From an uncultured Spirochaetota bacterium (GTDB taxonomy: Bacteria > Spirochaetota > Spirochaetia > SZUA-6 > Fen-1364), in NCBI GenBank assembly GCA_963820525.1, contig CAWGAA010000001.1, positions 320,001-384,000 on the forward strand: 64,000 nucleotides of DNA, in the 5' to 3' direction. Position 1 is the first letter of the stretch, and every line of letters begins with the position of its first letter. Positions 9,517 through 18,512 of the stretch are shown here, piece after piece. The notes below the pieces were generated by a model that worked only from the letters and a program-made list of their open reading frames with translations, made no database searches and was not told the origin of the DNA. The position numbers and the translations under genes are program-made.

Positions 9517-9546
9517 TTGACGAACCATGCCCATCGTCGTTATATT
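9517..9546 (+). promoter_or_regulatory. Sigma-70 promoter for groES
   Basis: TTGACG-N18-TATATT. Confidence 0.55.
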
Positions 9547-9613
9547 CCCAGTAAAACCACAGCCACTTTTGGTGGAATATATAGCGAAACATCGTGTCAG
9601 GAGGACAACGTAC

Positions 9614-9877
9614 ATGAAGGTGAAGCCGCTCGCAGACCGCATTCTCGTCAAGATGGTGGAGATGGAGACCAAGACCGCCGGAGGCATCCTCATCCCCCAG
9701 ACCGCCCAGGAGAAGACCCAGGAAGGGATCGTCCTCGCCGTGGGCGACGACGAGGCAATCAAGGTGAAGGTGAACGACCGCGTCATCTACGACAAGTATG
9801 CCGGCACCACGATCAAGGTCGGGGGTGAAGAGCAGTTGATCCTCAAGGCGGCCGACATCCTCGCCAAGGTGGAATAA
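9614..9877 (+). CDS. groES: Co-chaperonin GroES
   Basis: MKVKPLADRILVK...KTAGGILIP...VLAVG...DKYAGT; AGGAGG RBS; no adjacent groEL. Confidence 0.97.
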   Translation: MKVKPLADRILVKMVEMETKTAGGILIPQTAQEKTQEGIVLAVGDDEAIKVKVNDRVIYDKYAGTTIKVGGEEQLILKAADILAKVE

Positions 9878-9899
9878 GGCCCCTTTTTTCTCGCGGCCA

Positions 9900-9930
9900 A
9901 GGGGCTGTCCAGGGAGGACGGCCCTTTTTA
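9900..9930 (+). terminator. Terminator after groES
   Basis: AGGGGCTGTCC-AGGGA-GGACGGCCCT hairpin followed by a T run. Confidence 0.65.
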
Positions 9931-9938
9931 TTGCCTCT

Positions 9939-12365
9939 TTAATCGAAAAACGAACGAACTGCCTGAAGGACTTCCGCCGAGCCGGCGATGAGACGTCGGG
10001 TGCGCGGGAGCGACTCGATGAAAACCGAACCGTACTGCTTCGAGACGATGCGGGAATCGAGGATGAGAACGACTCCCCGATCGTCGTGCCGCCGCATGAG
10101 CCTGCCGAATCCCTGGCGCAGCCTTACAACCGCGTCGGGCAGGGAAAGCTCGGTGAAAGGATTTCCCCCCCGCTCCTCGATGGCCGCCATCCGGGCCCTG
10201 AGAACCGGCTCCGAGGGCACGCGGAAGGGAAGCCGGCAGAGGATGACGGCCTGCAGGGTCTCGCCCGGCGCATCGACGCCTTCCCAGAACGAATCAGTGG
10301 CAAAAAGGACGCTCGAGGTGTCCTCGCGGAACCTGTCCAGGAGCCTCGCCCTCTCCTCGTCTCCCTGCTTGTAGATCCGAATCCCGTGGGAGGAAAGGGC
10401 CGGCTCCACGGCGGAATACACCTCCCGCAGGAGGGAATATGAGGTAAAAAGAACGAGGCCGGCTCCGTGGCTTGCCCGCAAGCTTTCCGCGATGAAGCGG
10501 GAAAGGAACTCGCGATACCCGGGCTGATCCGGGGCTGGGGCATCGGTAGGCACCCCGAGGAGCACCTGCTCCTGGAAGTTGAAGGGAGACGGGAAGGTCT
10601 TTGTTATCGGCTCCCGCGCCGAGAAGCCGGAGAGCCCGACCCTGCCCGCCCAGAAATCGAACCTCCCCGCCACGGTAAGAGTCGCGGAGGTGAGGACCAC
10701 GGTCTTGAGCGGCTCGAAGACGGCCTCCCTCATGAGAGGGGCGATATCGAGAGGGGTGATCACCAGGCGAGCGAACCTCTCCGCCCCCTGCCCCCGCACG
10801 GCCTCCATCCACAGCACATCGTTTGCGGCCGAGCCGCCGCCGCGGAAGCGGTCCGCGATTTCGGCAAGTCCCGCAAGGCGCGTCACCTGGACGCGGCAGT
10901 CCCAGATCAGGTTCTCCTCGTCGGAAGCCGGCGCCTTCTCGAAGATCTCTTCGAAAGCCGCCGTAAATGCGGCCACGGAGGCCGAGAACTCGGCCAGCGG
11001 GGCCGATGCCGGTGAAAACCGCGAGCGCCCCTGGTCGTCCAGGAGGAGGTTTCCCTCCTCACCCATGAGAGCCACCAGCGCCGCGTCCAGCTCCGCCGCC
11101 TTCTGCTGGACGTCCGCCGCCAGGTCGGGGATTTTCTTGACCACGGCCTTTCTTCCCATGAGCTTGACCAGCGCGGGATAGAGCCCCGTGACCCTGTTCC
11201 TTCGCTTGCGGTATATCCTTCCCACGAACTTGGAGACGGCGGCCCGCGAGAGCACGCGCGAGAAGAAAGACGTGGCCGCCCGTTCTATGTTGTGCGCTTC
11301 ATCGAAGACGATCCGGCGGAACGGCGGAAGCACGGCGGGATCGTCGAAGCCTGAGCCGGCCAGTCGCAGTGCGAGGTCCGAGAACAAAAGGTGATGATTG
11401 GCCACCAGCACCTTGGCAGATGCCGCCTCCCTGCGCGCCTTGAGCACGAAACAACCGTCCCGAAGCCGGCAGCGCAGTCCCAGGCAAGTATCCGCTTCGG
11501 AACAGACCCTGGACCAGGTCTCCTCCCGTGGGTAGAAGGACAGGTCGGTCCTGCTTCCCGTGGCGGTCGTGCGCGACCACTCCATGATGGCGGAAAGCTC
11601 CTCGTTTTCCTCCTTGAAAAGCGAGAGCTCCGTGAGGGCCTCCCCGAGTCGATGGAGGCAGAGGTAGTTCCCCCTCCCTTTGACCAGGACCACCTTGGGA
11701 TCCTCACGGAGGATGTGCTTCACCAGGGGGATGTCCTTTTCGACGAGCTGCTGCTGGAGGTTGATGGTGTTGGTGGAGACCACGACGCGCTCGTTGTTTG
11801 CGATGGCCCAGGAGATGGCGGGCAGAAGGTATGCCAGGGATTTTCCCACGCCGGTTCCGGCTTCGGCGGCCACGATCTCCTCGTCGTTGAAGGCCCTGCA
11901 GACGAGCTTCAACATTCCGACCTGGCTGTCCCTCTGCTCGTATTGGGGGTAGATCCTCGAAAAACCGCCGCCGGGAGAAAGCTCGGCGGCCAGCCGCTTT
12001 TCGTCGAGGAGGGTTATCTCCTGGGCAGAGACGGGCTCGGCAACGACATACACGTTTTGCACGGTGTTGTCGACGATGGCGAAGCCGATGCCTTCGTTTC
12101 CCAGCCGCGAGGCGATGGCGATGTCGGGCCCGCTGGGGGAAAGCTCGCCCGAGGGGTGGTTGTGGATGACCATGTCGCCCTGCTGGAGGTGGGGCCTCAA
12201 GATGGGAACGAGGTTTTCGGTTCCCCTCGCCCCCACCACGACATCCTCGACCTTTCCGGCAGGGCCAGCGCGGCCTACAAGAAAGACCTCGTTTCCGCCG
12301 GCATCCTCGATCGCCTCGCGGATCTGCTCCATGGCGAACGGCTCGAATCGCTCGTCAGCCGTCAC
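9939..12365 (-). CDS. DinG/YoaA family Fe-S helicase with N-terminal JAB/MPN-like domain
   Basis: EAGTGVGKS, KGRGNYLC, Cys cluster, DEAH, SATL, EGVD, QGFGRLMR; N-terminal E...HNHPSG...SGPD. GTG start overlaps the PNP end. Confidence 0.88.
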   Translation of the reverse strand: MTADERFEPFAMEQIREAIEDAGGNEVFLVGRAGPAGKVEDVVVGARGTENLVPILRPHLQQGDMVIHNHPSGELSPSGPDIAIASRLGNEGIGFAIVDNTVQNVYVVAEPVSAQEITLLDEKRLAAELSPGGGFSRIYPQYEQRDSQVGMLKLVCRAFNDEEIVAAEAGTGVGKSLAYLLPAISWAIANNERVVVSTNTINLQQQLVEKDIPLVKHILREDPKVVLVKGRGNYLCLHRLGEALTELSLFKEENEELSAIMEWSRTTATGSRTDLSFYPREETWSRVCSEADTCLGLRCRLRDGCFVLKARREAASAKVLVANHHLLFSDLALRLAGSGFDDPAVLPPFRRIVFDEAHNIERAATSFFSRVLSRAAVSKFVGRIYRKRRNRVTGLYPALVKLMGRKAVVKKIPDLAADVQQKAAELDAALVALMGEEGNLLLDDQGRSRFSPASAPLAEFSASVAAFTAAFEEIFEKAPASDEENLIWDCRVQVTRLAGLAEIADRFRGGGSAANDVLWMEAVRGQGAERFARLVITPLDIAPLMREAVFEPLKTVVLTSATLTVAGRFDFWAGRVGLSGFSAREPITKTFPSPFNFQEQVLLGVPTDAPAPDQPGYREFLSRFIAESLRASHGAGLVLFTSYSLLREVYSAVEPALSSHGIRIYKQGDEERARLLDRFREDTSSVLFATDSFWEGVDAPGETLQAVILCRLPFRVPSEPVLRARMAAIEERGGNPFTELSLPDAVVRLRQGFGRLMRRHDDRGVVLILDSRIVSKQYGSVFIESLPRTRRLIAGSAEVLQAVRSFFD

Positions 12366-13173
12366 CGAATTTCGCTCCAAGCTCCCGCACCGTCTTCTCC
12401 AAAAGACCGGCGAATCGGGGGGCTGCTTCCGTGCCGCGGGCGATGACCTCGGCATGATCGAGCGGCTCAGGGAGGATTCCCGCGGCCATGTTGGTGATGC
12501 AGGAGACTCCCAACACGTCCATCGCGAGGTATCTGGCGGCGATGACCTCGGGAACGGTGGACATGCCCACCATGTCCGCCCCCATCGCGGCAAGCATGGA
12601 GATTTCTGCGGGAGTCTCGTAGCTGGGGCCCGAGAGCGCCGCGTACACCCCTTCGGCAAGGGGACGGTCCGAGGCCTTGCGGGCGGCGGCTCGAAGCGGT
12701 GCGGAGTATGATGTGCTCATGTCGGGAAACCGGGGGCCCAGATCCGGGTTGGGGCCGCGCAGGGGATTCACGCCCATCAGGTTGATGTGGTCCTTGATCA
12801 GCACAAGGTCTCCCGGAGCGTAGGAACGGTTGATGCCCCCGGCGGCATTGGTCACGATGAGGGTTCTCACACCCAGGCTGTAGAGGAAGAAAACCGAGAA
12901 TACGACGTCGTCGATGGGCCGGCCTTCATAGTAATGGATGCGGCCGGCGAGAATGGCGAGATCCCCCCCGAGGGTGAGCACTCCGTGATGGCCGGCGACG
13001 GAAGGCAGCGGGAATCCCGCTATGGAAGAGTACGGGATACGGATTCCCTTTACCTTGGAGGCGAACTCTCCAAGCCCGGAGCCAAGCACGATTCCGATCC
13101 GCGGCGTCCGCTTCCTGTTCCCGCCAAGCGAATCGAGAGCGATGGCGAGCCTTTTCGAGAGACTCTCATCCAT
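12355..13173 (-). CDS. punA: Purine nucleoside phosphorylase (trimeric type)
   Basis: LGSGLG, GRIHYYEG, TNAAGG, GPSYETPAE, VGMSTVPE, ITN. Confidence 0.93.
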   Translation of the reverse strand: MDESLSKRLAIALDSLGGNRKRTPRIGIVLGSGLGEFASKVKGIRIPYSSIAGFPLPSVAGHHGVLTLGGDLAILAGRIHYYEGRPIDDVVFSVFFLYSLGVRTLIVTNAAGGINRSYAPGDLVLIKDHINLMGVNPLRGPNPDLGPRFPDMSTSYSAPLRAAARKASDRPLAEGVYAALSGPSYETPAEISMLAAMGADMVGMSTVPEVIAARYLAMDVLGVSCITNMAAGILPEPLDHAEVIARGTEAAPRFAGLLEKTVRELGAKFGDG

Positions 13174-13194
13174 AGCAACCTCCCCTCGGCGCAC

Positions 13195-14182
13195 TCAAGA
13201 CAGGGACCTCAGAAGCTCCGCGGGATCGCGATAGTAGCCCACGGTGAGGGCCCGGCCCGCCTTCTGGAAAACCTTCCAGTTCCAGGGCATCTGGAGCCCG
13301 GCCGCGGAGGCGAGCTCGACGGCCCGCTTGTTCAGCTCCTTCGCTTCAGTCGGCTTCCCCTCCAGGGAATCCTGGAGCACGGGAGGATACGAGCGGCCGG
13401 GTTTGAAGCGCGCGGCCTGGAAGCTCGCATGATCGCGCTCCATGCGCTCCATGAGCGCCTGAGGATCCATGATCGGCAGCCGTGCGGTCCGTCTCCCCGT
13501 TCTCTGCATTAGCTTCAGCCCCTCAGAAAGGATGCATTTGGCAAGCTCCCTCCCCTCCGTGAACGTGAGGAAGTGGTCGAGCGTGGTGTTGCAAAGCGAT
13601 GCGGGAAGGGAGAGAAGCTGGTAAACGAAAAACGAGTTCAGGCAGGAGACGACGTCAGCGGCGAATTGAACCGAAACGCCGAATCGCTCCAGGCCTTCCG
13701 CCAGCTCCGCCATGGGGGAGAGCTTCTCCGCGATGATGACGGGCCTCCTGGTGAACACCTCAACCTCTCCATCCTGCAGCGCTGACGCCTCCATGAGAGT
13801 GAGGAGAAATGATCGTGACAGAGCCGAAAAGCCGAGCCTCTCCGGCTCAGCGGGATCGCTGTTGCAGAACAGGGTATGGCCATGCTCGGGATCTACGATG
13901 CCGCGGAAGGAGTCCTTCTTCATGGCCCGAAGGTGCTGCCGGCCCAATGTGACGAAGAGGACGTCGGGATCAGCCTGGAGGCCCGTTCGAATTCCCCGCG
14001 CGATCAGCCATCCGTCGGGATGGACGATCCGAACGGAGAGCTCCCCGGGGGCCGGAGCTGCGAGTTCCCGCAGCCTTGCGTGCTGAATCCGGCAAGCCGA
14101 AGCTCACTGCATGCCCGCTCAAGGCAAGGAGGCCGCCGAGGTAGCGCCCTATTGCCCCGGGTCCGAGAATGGACACCTTCAT
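13195..14182 (-). pseudogene. Ketopantoate reductase (PanE/ApbA)-like gene split by a +1 frameshift
   Basis: N-part MKVSILGPGAIG (Rossmann) stops at 13970. The +1 frame continues RIVHPDGW...DVLFVTLG into ORF 13195..13947 (LQD..EGKPTE). Confidence 0.7.
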
Positions 14183-14329
14183 AGTTGCCTCCGATTATGG
14201 AAGGCGAAAGGAAAAGATCAAGGCGGCTTCCGCGGCGCAGTAGCGCCGCTGCCGCCGCCCGAGGGCCGCGTGCTTGCCGGAGGCATGCACGCCTGCCGGC
14301 AGCGGTTTGCTCGGCGGCGTCGGCCCTAG

Positions 14330-15863
14330 GAGCCTGTCGCGAAACCCTCTTCCGGGAAGCCATTGAATTGAGGGTCCCGGCCATTGATAGAGTGGCCGCA
14401 TGGGAGAGGGAACTTTTCGATCCTATCAGCCTGATCAGCCGTACCTCCTTCCACCCCGAGTGGATGAATGGCTGCCCGACGGCCACTTGGTGTACTTCAT
14501 GCGCGACGTGGTGGAAACGCTGGACCTCGAGGCGATTTATTCAAGCTATCAATTGAGCGAAGGCGGACGTCCGCCGTACGAGCCGCGGATGATGCTGGCC
14601 TTGGTTCTGTATGCCTACAGCGTCGGGGTATACAGTTCGCGAAAGATCGAGCAGGCCTGCTGGGAGTCGGTGGCCTTTCGGGTACTCAGTGCGGATCAAC
14701 ATCCCGACCATGCGACGATCGCCAGCTTCCGCAAGCGGCATTTGAAGGAGTTGGGGTTGTTGTTCAACCAGGTGCTGAAGCTGTGCCAACGGGCGGGGTT
14801 GGTGAAGTTGGGGCACGTGGCGCTGGACAGCACGAAGGTGAAAGCCAACGCCTCCAGGCACAAAGCGATGAGCTACGGGCGAATGCTGAAGAGTGAGCAG
14901 CGGCTGAACGATGAGATCGCGGCGCTGTTGAAGCGGGCGCAGCGTGAGGATGAAGAAGAGGACGCACGCCTGGGGCCCGGGGGCAAGGATGAGGATCTGC
15001 CCGAGGAGTTGAAGCGGCGGCAGACGAGGCTGGCCAGGATTCGGGAAGCCAAGGCAGCGTTGGAAGCCGAGGCGCAAGAGAAAGCAGAGGAAGAGGTTCG
15101 GCGCAAGGGGGGAGACCCTGGGGCCGCCGGTGGGAAGGGGCGGGCGGAGGTAAAGCCAGCCGAGAAGGCGCAACGCAATTTCACCGACCCGCAATCGCGG
15201 ATCATGCTGGACAAGTCCAGCAACAGCTTTGTGCAGGCCTACAATTGCCAGGCGGCGGTCGACGGGAAGGCCCAGGTGATTGTTGCCGCCGAGGTCACGC
15301 AGGAAACCAACGACAGCCGTCAACTGCATCCGATGCTGGAGAAGCTCAAGGCCAACACCGACGGGCAACTTCCCCGGCGTCTGACTGCCGACAGTGGCTA
15401 CTACAACGGGGAGCATGTGCAATCCCATGAAAAGGAAGTGGACCTCTACATTGCTACCGAGCAGTTCCGCCATGGGGAGCGTGTACCGGCTCCGAGGGGG
15501 CGCATTCCTTCCGGATTGAGCAAGAAGCAACTGATGGGGCGCAAGGTGCGGAGCGCACGGGGGCAACGGATCTACGGGAAGCGTAAACAGATCGTGGAGC
15601 CGGTATTCGGGCAGATCAAGGAAGCGCGGGGCTTTCGTCAGTTCTTGCTTCGTGGGCTGGAGAACGTCTGGGGTGAATGGCAAGTAGTATGTACGACGCA
15701 CAACCTATTGAAGCTGTTCAGAAGCGGATGGAGATTGAGCGAAGCGTAGGAGAGAGAAGGAATCCCGGCTCGATGACAAGTTGAGTTGGGGGCGCCTCAT
15801 CATGAAAACGGCCCGCTCGCCTACCACAAACGGAGACTTGCGGGCCGGTTTCGCGACAGGCTC
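14330..15863 (+). mobile_element. Complete IS1182-family insertion sequence
   Basis: Perfect 17-bp TIRs GAGCCTGTCGCGAAACC (14330-14346) and GGTTTCGCGACAGGCTC (15847-15863); CTAG duplicated at 14326-14329 and 15864-15867. Confidence 0.92.
14400..15749 (+). CDS. IS1182-family DDE transposase
   Basis: GRPPYEPRMML, YSSRKIE, PDHATIASFR, DSTKVKANAS, NFTDPQSRIM, YNCQ, ADSGY, VEPVFG, HNL. Confidence 0.95.
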   Translation: MGEGTFRSYQPDQPYLLPPRVDEWLPDGHLVYFMRDVVETLDLEAIYSSYQLSEGGRPPYEPRMMLALVLYAYSVGVYSSRKIEQACWESVAFRVLSADQHPDHATIASFRKRHLKELGLLFNQVLKLCQRAGLVKLGHVALDSTKVKANASRHKAMSYGRMLKSEQRLNDEIAALLKRAQREDEEEDARLGPGGKDEDLPEELKRRQTRLARIREAKAALEAEAQEKAEEEVRRKGGDPGAAGGKGRAEVKPAEKAQRNFTDPQSRIMLDKSSNSFVQAYNCQAAVDGKAQVIVAAEVTQETNDSRQLHPMLEKLKANTDGQLPRRLTADSGYYNGEHVQSHEKEVDLYIATEQFRHGERVPAPRGRIPSGLSKKQLMGRKVRSARGQRIYGKRKQIVEPVFGQIKEARGFRQFLLRGLENVWGEWQVVCTTHNLLKLFRSGWRLSEA

Positions 15864-16074
15864 CTAGGGCGGAAGCGGTGCTACCGCACCGCGAGAGCCG
15901 CGAAGCGCGACACCGCCAGCCGCTAGAGGCGCCTTTCTCGCGGCATAGAGGGCCGGAGTCCCGCGCGCGGAATGCATTAAATGCAAATTTATGCAAGAAA
16001 CGCATACAGATTATTGACACGTTGCAAAGGATATGGTAACCGTGCTGGAACAGTACGAAGAGCCGGAGGCATTC

Positions 16075-17118
16075 GTGAAGGACAGGATACCAGTAGCGAT
16101 TCTCGGAGCGACAGGCCAGGTAGGCCAGAAATTCGTTCTCCTGCTGAGCGACCACCCGCAGTTTCAAATCACGGAGCTGGTTGCATCGCAGAGGTCCGCC
16201 GGAAGCAGGTACGGGGACATCTGCAACTGGAAGCAGACGACGCCCATTCCCCGCGAGATAGCGGGCATGACCGTGAAGTACACGGATGACCCTCTCTCGA
16301 GCCCCATCCTCTTCTCCGGCCTCGACTCATCGGTCGCCGGCCCGGTCGAGGAAGCCTACGCGAAGAAAGGCCACCACGTCATCTCAAACTCGAAGAATCA
16401 CCGCATGGACAGCGACGTTCCCATCGTCATCCCCGAGGTGAACGCCGACCATCTCCAGATCATCAAGCGCCAGCCCTACAAGGGATCCATCGTCACGAAC
16501 TCGAACTGCTCCACAATGTTCCTCGTCATGGCGCTGGCCCCCATCCAGCGCGCCTTCGGCGTGGAGGCGGTGCAGGTCACGACGATGCAGGCGGTTTCCG
16601 GGGCCGGCTATCCCGGCGTTGCCTCGATGGACATCCTGGGCAACGTCGTGCCCTACATCGGCGAGGAAGAGGAGAAGATGGAGCGGGAGACCAGGAAGAT
16701 GCTGGGCACCTTCACGGGCGCCGCGATAGAGCCCGCCCCCTTCATGGTGAGCGCACAGTGCAACCGCGTCGCGGTGTTCGACGGCCATACCGAGACGGTC
16801 TCGATCAAGCTCTCCTCAAAGGCCTCGCCGGCGGACATCGCCAGGGTCATGCGCGCGTTCCGCGGCCTTCCTCAGGAGCTCGCCCTGCCGTCTGCTCCCG
16901 CCGAGCCCATCGTCGTACTGGAAGAAAACGATCGGCCCCAGCCGGCCCGCGACGTGTGGATCAACCGCGGGATGTCGACGATCGTCGGCCGCATCAGGCC
17001 GTGCCCCGTGCTCGACATCAAGATGGTCATCCTGGGGCACAATACGATCCGGGGAGCCGCGGGGGCAGCGGTGCTCAATGGAGAAGCGATGCTCGCGAAA
17101 GGATACATCGCCTCATGA
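16075..17118 (+). CDS. asd: Aspartate-semialdehyde dehydrogenase
   Basis: LGATGQVGQ, PEVN, NSNCST, QAVSGAG, CNRV..DGH, HNTIRGAAG; GTG start after GGAGG. Confidence 0.95.
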   Translation: MKDRIPVAILGATGQVGQKFVLLLSDHPQFQITELVASQRSAGSRYGDICNWKQTTPIPREIAGMTVKYTDDPLSSPILFSGLDSSVAGPVEEAYAKKGHHVISNSKNHRMDSDVPIVIPEVNADHLQIIKRQPYKGSIVTNSNCSTMFLVMALAPIQRAFGVEAVQVTTMQAVSGAGYPGVASMDILGNVVPYIGEEEEKMERETRKMLGTFTGAAIEPAPFMVSAQCNRVAVFDGHTETVSIKLSSKASPADIARVMRAFRGLPQELALPSAPAEPIVVLEENDRPQPARDVWINRGMSTIVGRIRPCPVLDIKMVILGHNTIRGAAGAAVLNGEAMLAKGYIAS

Positions 17119-18449
17119 TCGTCCTGAAATTCGGTGGCACCTCGGTGGCCAACGCCGAGATGATGGACAAGGCCCTCTCCATAGCGGAAAGCCGGCTCGA
17201 ACGGGCGCCGGTGCTCGTCTCCTCGGCGATGGCGAATATCACGGACCTGCTTCAGGAGCTCGCGAAGCTGCTCGGCTCCGGAGACGAGTCGGGCGCCGAG
17301 AAGATCCTCGCCACGATCGAGGAACGCCACATCTCCTGCGCATCGTCTTTCATCACGGGGGCGAACCTCGAGGGGTGCACGGCGGACCTGAAGGCCGTGA
17401 TCTCGGAGCTCCGGGCCCTCATCAAGGCGCTTGCCATCCTCAAGGAGTGGTCCAAGAGGAGCAACGACGCCATCCTCGCCTTCGGCGAGAGGCTCTCCAC
17501 GATCATTCTCGCTTACCGGGCGCGCGAGCGCGGAATGAAGGCGGACCTCTATGATTCGCGCGAGCTCATCAAGACCGACGACAATTTCACGCAGGCCGCG
17601 CCCATCGAGGACCTGACCAATCGGCTGATCTCCTCCGCCATCAAGCCGAAGCCGGGCTCCCTGGCCATCCTCCAGGGCTTCATCGCCTCCACAACGGGGG
17701 GGGCTACCACGACGCTCGGCAGGGGCGGCTCGGACTACACTGCCACCATCGTGGGGGCCGCGCTGAAAGCCGAAGAAGTGGAGATCTGGACAGACGTGAA
17801 CGGCATCATGACTTCGGACCCCCGGATCGTGAAGACCGCCAAGACGATAGGCAAGATCAGCTATCGGGAGGCCGCCGAGCTCGCCTACTTCGGAGCCAAG
17901 GTGATCCACCCCGCCACCATCCAGCCCGCCATCAACCTCGGGATCCCCGTTTGGGTGAAGAACACCTTCCAGCCGGAGCAGGCGGGAACCGAGATCATCG
18001 CCAGCATCCCGGCGAACGGACTGAAGGCGATCGCCTGCAAGAAAGGGATCACCCTCGTCACGGTGAGCTCCTCCCGGATGCTCCTGGCCTACGGTTTTCT
18101 GCGCAAGATATTCGAGACCTTCGAGAAGCATCAGACGGCGGTGGATCTCGTCGCTACCTCCGAGGTCACCGTTTCCATGACGATAGACAATGCGTCCTCG
18201 GTGAACGCTATCGCGCGCGACCTTTCGGAGATCGGGACCGTGGGAGTGGAGTCCGAGAAGAGCATCATCTGCCTCGTCGGCCAGGACCTGTGGAAGGACA
18301 CCGTGTTCCTCTCCCGCGTCTTTCAGTCCCTGAAGTCCACGCCGGTCAGGATGATCTCCCTCGGCTCATCCGACATCAACCTCTCCCTCGTCGTGCCGGA
18401 GGCCATGATGGAAGACAGCGTGCGCAGGCTTCACGGCGAGTTCTTCTAA
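17115..18449 (+). CDS. lysC: Aspartate kinase
   Basis: MIVLKFGGTSV, FGERLS, LGRGGSD, WTDVNG, two ACT domains; ATGA overlap with asd. Confidence 0.95.
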   Translation: MIVLKFGGTSVANAEMMDKALSIAESRLERAPVLVSSAMANITDLLQELAKLLGSGDESGAEKILATIEERHISCASSFITGANLEGCTADLKAVISELRALIKALAILKEWSKRSNDAILAFGERLSTIILAYRARERGMKADLYDSRELIKTDDNFTQAAPIEDLTNRLISSAIKPKPGSLAILQGFIASTTGGATTTLGRGGSDYTATIVGAALKAEEVEIWTDVNGIMTSDPRIVKTAKTIGKISYREAAELAYFGAKVIHPATIQPAINLGIPVWVKNTFQPEQAGTEIIASIPANGLKAIACKKGITLVTVSSSRMLLAYGFLRKIFETFEKHQTAVDLVATSEVTVSMTIDNASSVNAIARDLSEIGTVGVESEKSIICLVGQDLWKDTVFLSRVFQSLKSTPVRMISLGSSDINLSLVVPEAMMEDSVRRLHGEFF

Positions 18450-18512
18450 GAGCCTGATTCCCGGTTGAGGGAGGACGCGCCGATACCCGAGAGGCGCATC
18501 CTTGGAGACGGA

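Noticed and set aside
15925..16070. Lysine riboswitch (AGAGGCGC) upstream of asd
   Set aside because: Other conserved L-box elements are not visible, and the likely promoter lies downstream of this motif.
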